Positions 45,701-59,188 of a DNA stretch of 64,000 nt are shown here, piece by piece. Each line of letters starts with the position of its first letter. Positions within the stretch are counted from its first letter, which is position 1. The notes under the pieces were generated by a model. The model saw only the letters and a program-made list of their open reading frames with translations. It did no database searches and was not told the DNA's origin. Position numbers and translations under genes: made by a program. The DNA is from Balanoglossus misakiensis. Lineage: Eukaryota > Animalia > Hemichordata. The stretch spans positions 3,440,902 to 3,504,901 of the forward strand of contig CM082585.2 of assembly GCA_040954595.2 (NCBI GenBank), given 5' to 3'.

Positions 45701-48700
45701 GCGTGGTATATAACGCATAGGAATAGGAGAAAGGCGGGCGGAAAGCGGTCGTGTGTCTGAGCTTCTCCGGCGAGACCTCGCACAAATCCCCGACGAGTTA
45801 GAAAGGGAACTCGTGGTGTCGTTCATTAAACAGGCGTGGTATATAACGCATAGGGATAGGAGAAGGGCGGGCGGAAAGCCGTCGTGTGTCTGAGCTTCTC
45901 CGGCGAGACCTCGCACAAATCCCCGCCGAGTTAGAAAGGGAACTCGCGGTGTCGTTCATTAAGCAGGCGTGGTATATAACGCGTAGGGATAGGAGAAGGG
46001 CGGGCGGAAAGCGGTCGTGTGTCTGAGCTTCTCCGGCGAGACCTCGCACAAATCCCCGGCGAGTTAGAAAGGGAACTCGTAGTGTCGTTCATTAAGCAGG
46101 CGTGGTATATAACGCATAGGGATAGGAGAAGGGCGGGCGGAAAGCGATCGTGTGTCTGAGCTTCTCCGGCGAGACCTCGCACAAATCCCCGACGAGTTAG
46201 AAAGGGAACTCGTGGTGTCGTTCATTAAACAGGCGTGGTATATAACGCATAGGGATAGGAGAAGGGCGGGCGGAAAGCGGTCGTGTGTCTGAGCTTCTCC
46301 GGCGAGACCTCGCACAATTCCCCGACGAGATAGAAAGGGAACTCGCGGTGTCGTTCATTAAGCAGGCGTGGTATATAACGCATAGGGATAGGAGAAGGGC
46401 GGGCGGAAAGCGGCCGTATATCTGAGCTTCTCCGGCGAGACCTCGCACAAATCCCCGCCGAGTTAGAAAGGGAACTCGCTGTGTCGTTCATATAACGTAT
46501 AGGGATAGGAGAATGGCGGGCGGAAAGCGGTCGTGTGTTTTAGCTTCTCCGGCGAGACCTCGCACAAATCCCCGACGAGTTAGAAAGGGAACTCGTGGTG
46601 TCGTTCATTAAACAGGCGTGGTATATAACGCATAGGGATAGGAGAAGGGCGGGCGGAAAGCGGTCGTGTGTCTGAGCTTCTCCGGCGAGACCTCGCACAA
46701 ATCCCCGGCGAGTTAGAAAGGGAACTCGCAGTGTCGTTCATTAAGCAGGCGTGGTATATAACGCATAGGGATAGGAGAAGGGCGGGCGGAAAGCGGTGGT
46801 GTGTCTGAGCTTCTCCGGCGAGACCTCGCACAAATCCCCGCCGAGTTAGAAAGGGAACTCGAGGTGTCGTTCATTAAACAGGCGTGGTATATAACGCATA
46901 GGGATAGGAGAAGGGCGGGCGGAAAGCGGTCGTGTGTCTGAGCTACCCCGGCGAGACCTCGCACAAATCCCCGACGAGTTAGAAAGGGAACTCGCAGTGT
47001 CGTTCATTAAGCAGGCGTGGTATATAACGCATAGGGATAGGAGAAGGGCGGGCGGAAAGCGGCCGTATATCTGAGCTTCTCCGGCGAGACCTCGCACAAA
47101 TCCCCGCCGAGTTAGAAAGGGAACTCGCTGTGTCAATCATATAACGTATAGGGATAGGAGAACGGCGGGCGGAAAGCGGTCGTGTGTCTGAGCTTCTCCG
47201 GCGAGACCTCGCACAATTCCCCGACGACATAGAAAGGGAACTCGCGGTGTCGTTCATTAAGCAGGCGTGGTATATAACGCATAGGGATAGGAGAAGGGCG
47301 GGCGGAAAGCCGTCGTGTGTCTGAGCTTCTCCGGCGAGACCTCGCACAATTCCCCGACGAGATAGAAAGGGAACTCGCGGTGTCGTTCATTAAGCAGGCG
47401 TGGTATATAACGCATAGGGATAGGAGAAGGGCGGGCGGAAAGCGGTCGTGTGTCTGAGCTTCTCCGGCGAGACCTCGCACAAATCCCCGGCGAGTTAGAA
47501 AGGGAACTCGCAGTGTCGTTCATTAAGCAGGCGTGGTATATAACGCATAGGGATAGGAGAAGGGCGGGCGGAAAGCGGTCGTGTGTCTGAGCTTCTCCGG
47601 CGAGACCTCGCACAAATCCCCGACGAGTTAGAAAGGGAACTCGTGGTGTCGTTCATTAAACAGGCGTGGTATATAACGCATAGGGATATGAGAAAGGCGG
47701 GCGGAAAGCGGTCGTGTGTCTGAGCTTCTCCGGCGAGACCTCGCACAAATCCCCGACGAGTTAGAAAGGGAACTCGTGGTGTCGTTCATTAAACAGGCGT
47801 GGTATATAACGCATAGGGATAGGAGAAGGGCGGGCGGAAAGCCGTCGTGTGTCTGAGCTTCTCCGGCGAGACCTCGCACAAATCCCCGCCGAGTTAGAAA
47901 GGGAACTCGCGGTGTCGTTCATTAAGCAGGCGTGGTATATAACGCATAGGGATAGGAGAAGGGCGGGCGGAAAGCGGTCGTGTGTCTGAGCTTCTCCGGC
48001 GAGACCTCGCACAAATCCCCGGCGAGTTAGAAAGGGAACTCGCAGTGTCGTTCATTAAGCAGGCGTGGTATATAACGCATAGGGATAGGAGAAGGGCGGG
48101 CGGAAAGCGGTCGTGTGTCTGAGCTTCTCCGGCGAGACCTCGCACAAATCCCCGACGAGTTAGAAAGGGAACTCGTGGTGTCGTTCATTAAACAGGCGTG
48201 GTATATAAAGCATAGGGATAGGAGAAGGGCGGGCGGAAAGCGGTCGTGTGTCTGAGCTTCTCCGGCGAGACCTCGCACAAATCCCCGACGAGTTAGAAAG
48301 GGAACTCGTGGTGTCGTTCATTAAACAGGCGTGGTATATAACGCATAGGGATAGGAGAAGGGCGGGCGGAAAGCGGTCGTGTGTCTGAGCTTCTCCGGCG
48401 AGACCTCGCACAAATCCCCGGCGAGTTAGAAAGGGAACTCGCAGTGTCGTTCATTAAGCAGGCGTGGTATATAACGCATAGGGATAGGAGAAGGGCGGGC
48501 GGAAAGCGGTGGTGTGTCTGAGCTTCTCCGGCGAGACCTCGCACAAATCCCCGCCGAGTTAGAAAGGGAACTCGAAGTGTCGTTCATTAAACAGGCGTGG
48601 TATATAACGCATAGGGATAGGAGAAGGGCAGGCGGAAAGCGGTCGTGTGTCTGAGCTACCCCGGCGAGACCTCGCACAAATCCCCGACGAGTTAGAAAGG

Positions 48701-51700
48701 GAACTCGCAGTGTCGTTCATTAAGCAGGCGTGGTATATAACGCATAGGGATAGGAGAAGGGCGGGCGGAAAGCGGCCGTATATCTGAGCTTCTCCGGCGA
48801 GACCTCGCACAAATCCCCGGCGAGTTAGAAAGGGAACTCGCAGTGTCGTTCATTAAGCAGGCGTGGTATATAACGCATAGGGATAGGAGAAGGGCGGGCG
48901 GAAAGCGGTCGTGTGTCTGAGCTTCTCCGGCGAGACCTCGCACAAATCCCCGCCGAGTTAGAAAGGGAACTCGAAGTGTCGTTCATTAAACAGGCGTGGT
49001 ATATAACGCATAGGGATAGGAGAAGGGCAGGCGGAAAGCGGTCGTGTGTCTGAGCTACCCCGGCGAGACCTCGCACAAATCCCCGACGAGTTAGAAAGGG
49101 AACTCGCAGTGTCGTTCATTAAGCAGGCGTGGTATATAACGCATAGGGATAGGAGAAGGGCGGGCGGAAAGCGGCCTTATATCTGAGCTTCTCCGGCGAG
49201 ACCTCGCACAAATCCCCGCCGAGTTAGAAAGGGAACTCGCTGTGTCGTTCATATAACGTATAGGGATAGGAGAACGGCGGGCGGAAAGCGGTCGTGTGTC
49301 TGAGCTTCTCCGGCGAGACCTCGCACAATTCCCCGACGAGATAGAAAGGGAACTCGCGGTGTCGTTCATTAAGCAGGCGTGGTATATAACGCATAGGGAT
49401 ATGAGAAGGGCGGGCGGAAAGCCGTCGTGTGTCTGAGCTTCTCCGGCGAAACCTCGCACAAATCCCCGCCGAGTTAGAAAGGGAACTCGCGGTGTCGTTC
49501 ATTAAGCAGGCGTGGTATATAACGCATAGGGATAGGAGAAGGGCGGGCGGAAAGCGGTCGTGTGTCTGAGCTTCTCCGGCGAGACCTCGCACAAATCCCC
49601 GGCGAGTTAGAAAGGAAACTCGCAGTGTCGTTCATTAAGCAGGCGTGGTATATAACGCATAGGGATAGGAGAAGGGCGGGCGGAAAGCGGTCGTGTGTCT
49701 GAGCTTCTCCGGCGAGACCTCGCACAAATCCCCGACGAGTTAGAAAGGGAACTCGCTGTGTCGTTCATATAACGTATAGGGATAGGAGAACGGCGGGCGG
49801 AAAGCGGTCGTGTGTCTGAGCTTCTCCGGCGAGACCTCGCACAATTCCCCGACGAGATAGAAAGGGAACTCGCGGTGTCGTTCATTAAGCAGGCGTGGTA
49901 TATAACGCATAGGGATAGGAGAAGGGCGGGCGGAAAGCCGTCATGTGTCTGAGCTTCTCCGGCGAGACCTCGCACAAATCCCCGCCGAGTTAGAAAGGGA
50001 ACTCGCGGTGTCGTTCATTAAGCAGGCGTGGTATATAACGCATAGGGATAGGAGAAGGGCGGGCGGAAAGCGGTCGTGTGTCTGAGCTTCTCCGGCGAGA
50101 CCTCGCACAAATCCCCGGCGAGTTAGAAAGGGAACTCGCAGTGTCGTTCATTAAGCAGGCGTGGTATATAACGCATAGGGATAGGAGAAGGGCGGGCGGA
50201 AAGCGGTCGTGTGTCTGAGCTTCTCCGGCGAGACCTCGCACAAATCCCCGACGAGTTAGAAAGGGAACTCGTGGTGTCGTTCATTAAACAGGCGTGGTAT
50301 ATAACGCATAGGGATAGGAGAAGAGCGGGCGGAAAGCCGTCGTGTGTCTGAGCTTCCCCGGCGAGACCACGCACAAATCCCCGCCGAGTTAGAAAGGGAA
50401 CTCTCAGTGTCGTTCATTAAGCGGGCGTGGTATATAACGCATAGGGATAGGAGAAGGGCAGGCGGAAAGCCGTCGTGTGTCTGAGCTTCTCCGGCGAGAC
50501 CTCGCACAAATCCCCGACGAGTTAGAAAGGGAACTCGTGGTGCCGTTCATTAAACAGGCGTGGTATATAACGCATAGGGATAGGAGAAAGGCGGGCGGAA
50601 AGCGGTCGTGTGTCTGAGCTTCTCCGGCGAGACCTCGCACAAATCCCCGACGAGTTAGAAAGGGAACTCGTGGTGTCGTTCATTAAACAGGCGTGGTATA
50701 TAACGCATAGGGATAGGAGAAGGGCGGGCGGAAAGCGGTCGTGTGTCTGAGCTACCCCGGCGAGACCTCGCACAAATCCCCGACGAGTTAGAAAGGGAAC
50801 TCGTGGTGTCGTTCATTAAACAGGCGTGGTATATAACGCATAGGGATAGGAGAAGGGCGGGCGGAAAGCGGTCGTGTGTCTGAGCTTCTCCGGCGAGACC
50901 TCGCACAAATCCCCGCCGAGTTAGAAAGGGAACTCGCGGTGTCGTTCATTAAACAGGCGTGGTATATAACGCATAGGGATAGGAGAAGGGCGGGCGGAAA
51001 GCGGTCGTGTGTCTGAGCTTCTCCGGCGAGACCTCGCACAATTCCCCGACGAGTTAGAAAGGGAACTCGCAGTGTCGTTCATTAAGCAGGCGTGGTATAT
51101 AACGCATAGGGATAGGAGAAGGGCGGGCGGAAAGCCGTCGTGTGTCTGAGCTTCTCCGGCGAGACCTCGCACAAATCCCCGACGAGTTATAAAGGGAACT
51201 CGTGGTGTCGTTCATTAAACAGGCGTGGTATATAACGCATAGGGATAGGAGAAGGGCGGGCGGAAAGCGGTCGTGTGTCTGAGCTTCTCCGGCGAGACCT
51301 CGCACAAATCCCCGCCGAGTTAGAAAGGGACCTCGCGGTGTCGTTCATTAAGCAGGCGTGGTATATAACGCATAGGGATAGGAGAAGGGCGGGCGGAAAG
51401 CGGTCGTGTGTCTGAGCTTCTCCGGCGAGACCTCGCACAATTCCCCGACGAGATAGAAAGGGAACTCGCGGTGTCGTTCATTAAGCAGGCGTGGTATATA
51501 ACGCATAGGGATAGGAGAAGGGCGGGCGGAAAGCCGTCGTGCGTCTGAGCTTCTCCGGCGAGACCTCGCACAAATCCTTGCCGAGTTAGAAAGGGAACTC
51601 GCGGTGTCGTTCATTAAGCAGGCGTGGTATATAACGCATAGGGATAGGAGAAGGGCGGGCGGAAAGCGGTCGTGTGTCTGAGCTTCTCCGGCGAGACCTC

Positions 51701-53628
51701 GCACAAATCCCCGGCGAGTTAGAAAGGCAACTCGCAGTGTCGTTCATTAAGCAGGCGTTGTATATAACGCATAGGGATAGGAGAAGGGCGGGCGGAAAGC
51801 GGTCGTGTGTCTGAGCTTCTCCGGCGAGACCTCGCACAATTCCCCGACGAGATAGAAAGGGAACTCGCGGTGTCGTTCATTAAGCAGGCGTGGTATATAA
51901 CGCATAGGGATAGGAGAAGGGCGGGCGGAAAGCCGTCGTGTGTCTGAGCTTCTCCGGCGAGACCTCGCACAAATCCCCGCCGAGTTAGAAAGGGAACTCG
52001 CGGTGTCGTTCATTAAGCAGGCGTGGTATATAACGCATGGGGATAGGAGAAGGGCGGGCGGAAAGCGGTCGAGTGTCTGAGCTTCTCCGGCGAGTCCTCG
52101 CACAAATCCCCGGCGAGTTAGAAAGGGAATTCGCTGTGTCGTTCATTAAGCAGGCGTGGTATATAACGCATAGGGATAGGAGAAGGGCGGGCGGAAAGCG
52201 GTCGTGTGTCTGAGCTTCTCCGGCGAGACCTCGCACAAATCCCCGACGAGTTAGAAAGGGAACTCGTGGTGACGTTCATTAAACAGGCGTGGTATATAAC
52301 GCATAGGGATAGGAGAAGGGCGGGCGGAAAGCGGTCGTGTGTCTGAGCTTCTCCGGCGAGACCTCGCACAAATCCCCGACGAGTTAGAAAGGGAACTCGT
52401 GGTGTCGTTCATTAAACAGGCGTGGTATATAACGCATAGGGATAGGAGAAGGGCGGGCGGAAAGCGGTCGTGTGTCTGAGCTTCTCCGGCGAGACCTCGC
52501 ACAATTCCCCGACGAGATAGAAAGGGAACTCGCGGTGTCGTTCATTAAGCAGGCGTGGTATATAACGCATAGGGATAGGAGAAGGGCGGGCGGAAAGCCG
52601 TCGTGTGTCTGAGCTTCTCCGGCGAGACCTCGCACAAATCCCCGCCGAGTTAGAAAGGGAACTCGCGGTGTCGTTCATTAAGCAGGCGTGGTATATAACG
52701 CATAGGGATAGGAGAAGGGCGGGCGGAAAGCGGTCGTGTGTCTGAGCTTCTCCGGCGAGACCTCGCACAAATCCCCGGTGAGTTAGAAAGGGAACTCGCA
52801 GTGTCGTTCATTAAGCAGGCGTGGTATATAACGCATAGGGATAGGAGAAGGGCGGGCGGAAAGCGGTCGTGTGTCTGAGCTTCTCCGGCGAGACCTCGCA
52901 CAAATCCCCGACGAGTTAGAAAGGGAACTCGTGGTGACGTTCATTAAACAGGCGTGGTATATAACGCATAGGGATAGGAGAAGGGCGGGCGGAAAGCGGT
53001 CGTGTGTCTGAGCTTCTCCGGCGAGACCTCGCACAAATCCCCGACGAGTTAGAAAGGGAACTCGTGGTGTCGTTCATTAAACAGGCGTGGTATATAACGC
53101 ATAGGGATAGGAGAAGGGCGGGCGGAAAGCGGTCGTGTGTCTGAGCTTCTCCGGCGAGACCTCGCACAATTCCCCGACGAGATAGAAAGGGAACTCGCGG
53201 TGTCGTTCATTAAGCAGGCGTGGTATATAACGCATAGGGATAGGAGAAGGGCGGGCGGAAAGCCGTCGTGTGTCTGAGCTTCTCCGGCGAGACCTCGCAC
53301 AAATCCCCGCCGAGTTAGAAAGGGAACTCGCGGTGTCGTTCATTAAGCAGGCGTGGTATATAACGCATAGGGATAGGAGAAGGGCGGGCGGAAAGCGGTC
53401 GTGTGTCTGAGCTTCTCCGGCGAGACCTCGCACAAATCCCCGGTGAGTTAGAAAGGGAACTCGCAGTGTCGTTCATTAAGCAGGCGTGGTATATAACGCA
53501 TAGGGATAGGAGAAGGGCGGACGGAAAGCGGTCGTGTGTCTGAGCTTCTCCGGCGAGACCTCGCACAATTCCCCGACGAGATAGAAAGGGAACTCGCGGT
53601 GTCGTTCATTAAGCAGGCGTGGTATATA
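27761..53628. repeat. 133-bp satellite, block 2 (~195 monomers)
   Basis: Continuous head-to-tail monomers in the same orientation, with occasional 117-, 129-, 132-, 134- and 139-bp variants. Confidence 0.98.
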
Positions 53629-54319
53629 CACTACAGACTGAATGTCCTGTTCTACCTGGCGCGCCTGCTCCTGAACGCAGCAAGCCAGGTGGCTCGCCTG
53701 GCTCGCCAGGCCTGGTGAGCATGCTTGCTGAGCGCGCCAGGCTTGCATTCTGAATATTCATGAGCTACCTGGCTTGCATGGCCAGCCAGGTCACAGGAAG
53801 CGCGCTTGTTTACCTGGCGCACTAGACTTGCTCCAAGTCTATGGGCTTCATTATGTGTAGGGAACGCGTAGACCCACGCTACCCAAAACCACAAGCTCAG
53901 TCCCAAATTCGAAACTCACCTCACTACCAAAAACACGCTCAAGGCAAGCATGCACGCAAAAAGTATTGAAATTATTTATTAAGACAAAAAACTATCGAAA
54001 ACACCTTAACTATTTAGATTTAAAAATCACCAAGCGACTAGTGGGCTAGTCTACTGGCGCACCGGTTGCTTACCAGCAAGGAAGCCGGTCGGTTTGAACC
54101 CCAAACACGTTTGATTGATCCATAGGGTCTATGATTGATCCCATGGCATTTCTGGTTTTTCTAGTCTAGTTGCGCAACCTCCAATTCAGATAAAAGAATG
54201 CTAGTGGTTCAAAACACTATGTACATGTAGTCATTTATGTTCATTTTTAACCTGTGTTTTATGTTACCACAGATACATACATGTAAAGCATACACGTACA
54301 AACTACAGATCAATTGCAG

Positions 54320-54356
54320 CACGGTTACTAGAAGAAGATCTCTTCTAGTAACCGTG
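54320..54356. repeat. 37-bp perfect hairpin flanked by 7-bp direct repeats
   Basis: ATTGCAG|CACGGTTACTAGAAGA-AGATC-TCTTCTAGTAACCGTG|ATTGCAG. Confidence 0.75.
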
Positions 54357-55499
54357 ATTGCAGCAACTTAAAAATGACGAATATCGTAGCACTTCCCGTT
54401 TCTTGCTAACAGGGGATTAGCCCTCAGAATCTGTGTGCGTCCACACACTAAACGGACATTGTTTTGAGGTCAACGCCGTCTAATGGCAATGTTTAGGAAC
54501 ACGGCAACTAACAAAAATTGAGGACGTCGAGGACATGTAATTGCAACATATCTCAGTTTCTATACCTGGATATGCGTTCTAGACGACTTTGTCGTCTTCT
54601 TCATGACCGTTTTGATATCGTTTAGAAGTAGTGGATGTTAATCCACAAATCGAAAACGCCTCGTCTTTTCGGCGATCGAAAGAACATAAAGTTGGTGGCA
54701 GACCCGGCTAACCGCGAGTGGCTAGAAAACCACTCGCGTCCAGTTAGATTGACTCAACAATGGAAACTGACCCAAGACAATAGGTTACCTAGATAAACAT
54801 AATCAAAAGTCACCACAGGGTTGTGCTTTGCGTTCTCACTGTATATTTGCTTCGGTCTGGATCTGAACCACCCGTCATCGCTGTCGAAAATTAACACCGG
54901 TGCAGCACAGGCGAAAAGCATTCTCAAATATTTTTCCCGTCGGAGTCGTATCTGGATCGTTGCTACACCGGTACTACACCGTTGAAAACGTTAATCAATG
55001 TACAACTCTCCTTCTCAACATAAGTTTTATTTCAGACTAGGCATTCAGGGAGGGGCGTTTAATTCACTACGAACAAAATGTGTCCGTTGTCAGTGTTAGT
55101 TTTCTTTATTATTAAGCATTTAAAACACAATTACACTACATTAGTTGTACAAATGCAAGGGAACATTTCCTTTCTGAACGAGAGAATGACAATCCGACAA
55201 ACATGCTGATAAATCCCCCCCCCCCAAAAAAAAAAAAAAACATCAACGGCGGAGAGCTTTATCGATTGCCTTGATGCACTGTTTTGACCACACGTCGCGC
55301 TCGGCGGATCGCGGAAAATCGTGGGATTATATTACCATGGCCTGTGCGTCGCATTTTAATTGGTCGAGATGAACGACGTCACTGACCACAAATACTCAGT
55401 AATGGTTTGTTTACATGCCTGTAAATCTGAATAGTAATACATGTATTAGCAAACAGTTCAGTGAATACAACATTTTGCGTAACACAAGTTCCGGGGCCC

Positions 55500-56125
55500 T
55501 TAGTGGGACATTTTCGTAAATTTTGACGGTTTTCTTGATTTTGTTGGTAATATAATGGAAATAACCGACTCCGCCCTGACCATAAACGTTTGTTTATGGG
55601 CGCGGGCTCGAGGAAGGCCAAAATTCATGGGCTCGGAAGCCTCGCCCATGAATTTTTGGCTTTCCCCTCGCCCTTGCCCATAAACAAACGTTAATGGTCA
55701 GGGCGTCGTCCATTATTTCTAAAATATTTTCGGAAAGTTGCTCCTTCAACTTTCTTAAGCCTTCTGGGACTTCACTTCAATTTCTGTTTGGTACCCCCAA
55801 ACACACGCCCTGTGCAATTACGTCCGGCGCGTTCACTCGGCGAATAAACCATAAACACAATGTTCTTGGCAAAGTTGTCTATAGAGCAACTTACGACCTT
55901 ACACCGGTCTATATATGATTCTGGTATGAGAACATCCCCGGTGATAGGAGGGAACCATAGTGGAGGCGGAAAGGTCTCAATCATCCCCGCTGTCTGCGGA
56001 GACGTGAGAATAGGCTGTTCTGCCGGCTGTAGTGTAGTTTGGAACGGTGGTGTAATATCAGCGGCTGGGCGTGGTGGGAGTGGTGTTGGTGACAAGGTGG
56101 GCGCTGGTGGAATCGGCGGGGGCAT
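55500..56125 (-). pseudogene. Decayed Pro-rich + BEN-domain-like ORF carried by the CACTA element
   Basis: SCSIDNFAKNIVFMVYSPSERAGRNCTGRVFGGTKQKL(K*)SPRRLKKVEGATFRKY fits the BEN pattern S..NFA..L...F...E....N..G....K..LdP..L..V....F..Y. It has an in-frame stop and a palindromic insertion. Confidence 0.55.
55554..55727. mobile_element. 174-bp palindromic insertion disrupting the BEN-like ORF
   Basis: Arms CGCCCTGACCATAAACGTTTGTTTATGGGC / GCCCATAAACAAACGTTAATGGTCAGGGCG, with an AATAT direct repeat at 55549 and 55723. Removing it restores the frame FRKY-YQQ. Confidence 0.65.
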
Positions 56126-57395
56126 GATCATAGTGCCTGATCGAATGAATTGAACGATCGTTACACACATTATTGTCGCGGTGAACGGACGCGCGTATAC
56201 GTGTTGTCGATCACAGACAACAGTGTGGTCGATACTCTGACTGATTTGTCGTAGTTTCTCTGTTTGTGAAATGGATGAAGTCACATTATTGTGCTTTGTA
56301 AGACGCAAATTACAATACTAGTATGTATCTAATATTTGAGTCATAGATTGTTCTTGTTTTCATGAGCCTGACACTCAGAACTATGACCCTAGGATCCTAG
56401 TGACCGGCGCATCAATTTGTATTTTTAAAACAAACCACAGACAAAAATGTACTGACTTCAGAAGTTTTTGTTCATTGAGTTCACACATATTTTATTGTAC
56501 TGACGAACAAAAAGGTGATAACAACCTGAACAACGTGGCTGGCCGAGCATAAACATGTAACACCCGTGGACGCTGGGAGATACAGTACAGATAAAGCGGG
56601 TAGATTTTTACTCTGAAACAAAGATAAGCTTTAATAGATGCAGTGTATCACTATTTCCTAAATTTACATCACGACCGCGCAACGTAACTGCGGTCCATTG
56701 CATGTAAGTGTGCAGGGCATCTACACCAAAAACAGCGACAAGGTGCCGTTACAATTATTCCAGCTAAATATAAACACAAGAAATCACGAATCGCGATCTG
56801 TGGATTCCCTGGATATGATTTTGAATCTGCAATAGATTGGAGATCATGTTGAGGAAAAAAACTTGATCGCACAAATTAGTGAAAAATACATTTATGAGGT
56901 AGCTGGTACGATCCTACTGACCAAAGGCTACCTCCCGGGGCCCACCCCATTCACACCTGTGATTTACTAATGTGCAGGCTAGTCGTCAGTAGGCTTTCTT
57001 TTTTCCTGTTATGCAGATTATTCTTCATTGTTGATTTCATATGAGTATCAATGGGTATGACTGCTCGCAGTATACTCTCGGGCTTGATTGTTCCGACTTC
57101 TTCGTCCATAATTCTGACTACGTCCGCGACCCTTGTGGAGTGACCGTGATTCAACCAAGCGAAAATAGCTACCCATCACTCTAATTATTGCAGCTATGCT
57201 AGTTATAAACACAATCGCAATATTGATCGTGACATAGGCCATATATACTTTTAAATTTAAAAGGAAAAAGGAAACTTTTACTTTTGATGCATTAATTTAC
57301 GAGCAGTGATTTAAGTGTGAAAAATAAAAGTACGTTCGAAGCCCTCGCTGTTTCTTCTGACAGCGGTATAGCCTCAGCGGGTTTTCCCGCTCTGC

Positions 57396-57509
57396 ACTCG
57401 GATAGAAAGCAGAAATTAATGTAAGGAAAATCCACAATGTCTGACAGGTTACAGGTAGTAACTCGGATAGAAAGCAGAAATGTAAGGAAAATCCACAATG
57501 TCTGACAGG
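57396..57509. repeat. Short direct duplication (~50 bp x2)
   Basis: ACTCGGATAGAAAGCAGAAAT..GTAAGGAAAATCCACAATGTCTGACAGGT at 57396 and 57461. Confidence 0.7.
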
Positions 57510-59188
57510 TGGTCAGTTTGTACAATGAGTAACTCTCATGACGAATCCTTTTCGAAAGAGACCACTTCAAATTGGGAGAAACAATTAGGTGTTAACGATA
57601 ATGGCGTTGCTTTGTTGTTTTTTCTGTGCTGAAAGGCATTTTTGTATTGGGGTAAAGAAAATTGTGTACAAATTATTACACGTCACATTTGTCGACTCCT
57701 GTATTTCAAAACACACAGTACCACAAACGAGAGCAAAGTTCGGTCGTATTTAATGTACAAAGGATCTTTTCCTTTTTGTTGTTGTTGCTCGATATATCAT
57801 TATTCAGAAGGTCTATTTGAACATGCACGTCTCTATGGCTTCTCAGTGTACATTATTGTATATATAGACTGTGCCGTGTCGATGGTTCCTGGTCATTTGT
57901 TCGTATGGCAACGAGTTTCAATAAGTTATATTTGTATATCGAGAGAGTGTGTTCTGCATTAAAGTTTCCGCCCCAAACACTAGATTACTGAATAAATTCA
58001 GAGCTGATTCTCGACTTTAGTAGTTCCGACATCGATGCATTTTCCCATTTTGCTGTTTATTTGTACTTGAGGACATTTTATTCTACTCTGATGTGACTTG
58101 CTGTATAGTTTGTAACATTTATGTAAACTCAAAATTTTCCCTATTATTTTTCACATTTTCTAAAATAAAAAAAATGTTACTTCACAATAGTGTCATACAT
58201 GTATGTGTGCACCTGTATCTAACTCACTGACGGTGAGTTTAAGATCTACTTAAACTGGCATTGAATATGGCTGGAGTCCATGCAATTGTTTGACAGAATG
58301 AACACAAGCTAGACATTTCATAGTTCTTCAGGAGTGCTTTTTTGATGCGGATTGTATGTTGTATGTATGTTGCATGGAGGTAGGACTGTTGTTTTTGAGG
58401 CAAGTCAGTGATTCCACTTGTTTACCGAGTAAACACGACTGTTTATTGGCAAGGCTACTCGCATGTGGCTGACAACAAAAGGAAATCAATAAAATAAAAG
58501 TTTGATACACACGAAGAATGCAATCAGAACACAATATACATTCTACTGTTTTGAGAATATCCATCTAATTTACCAGGCGATGAAACAGGTAGAGAGTCCC
58601 TGCGTCAGACCATAGCTACGCACGATTGTACAATCATGTAAACAAACATGGCGTCGATCGACGACATCACATCACGTAGAGAGATCGAGTCACAGTCCGA
58701 TCGAGGTGGTACCTCAGGCAAATGCGAACGATCTTACATGTTTGCTAACTTTGATGATTAGGTTGCAATGATCAATCTAGGCCCGATCAAGAAGACTGAC
58801 CTAAAATTTGTCGTGGTAAACCATGACACATTGATTACATCTCGGACACATGCAGACACACACGAAACGTATATTATTAAATTTATTCCGGTGACATGCT
58901 AGCCCAAATCTTAACTCCAGAATTCTCAAACATGCCTTCTTCTCATTCTAAGACTGACAGACTTCTCATGTGTTCATTCGGGCCCGCCAAACACAGCAAG
59001 CGCAGCGGGCCCATGGGCTAGCTGGGCCCGGTGGGCCCGAATGCGGGCCCACCAAACACATTTAATTAGCAAGCCCTGCGGGCCCATGGGCCTGCTGGGC
59101 CCGGAGGGACCGAGCCCCCTGGCGCGCGCAGCAAGCCACTGAGCGCGCCCGGCAAGCGCGCCATGTGCAGGACATTCAGTCTGTAGTG

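Larger units (their letters stand above)
53629..59188. mobile_element. CACTA/EnSpm (CMC superfamily) non-autonomous element, 5560 bp
   Basis: Perfect 21-bp TIR CACTACAGACTGAATGTCCTG / CAGGACATTCAGTCTGTAGTG. 2-bp TA TSD deduced from monomer GGTATATA|ACGC. GC-rich palindromic subterminal repeats (GCGCGC, GGGCCC, GCAAGC) at 53650-53830 and 58978-59168. No transposase ORF found. Confidence 0.88.

Noticed and set aside
53616-53628. Targeting of the CACTA element by its BEN protein to the GCGTGG motif beside the insertion site
   Set aside because: One insertion and a 6-bp motif present in almost every monomer give no evidence for targeting.
56669-58564. Transposase remnants inside the CACTA element
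   Set aside because: The short ORFs show no recognisable DDE/TNPD motifs by eye; a profile search would be needed.
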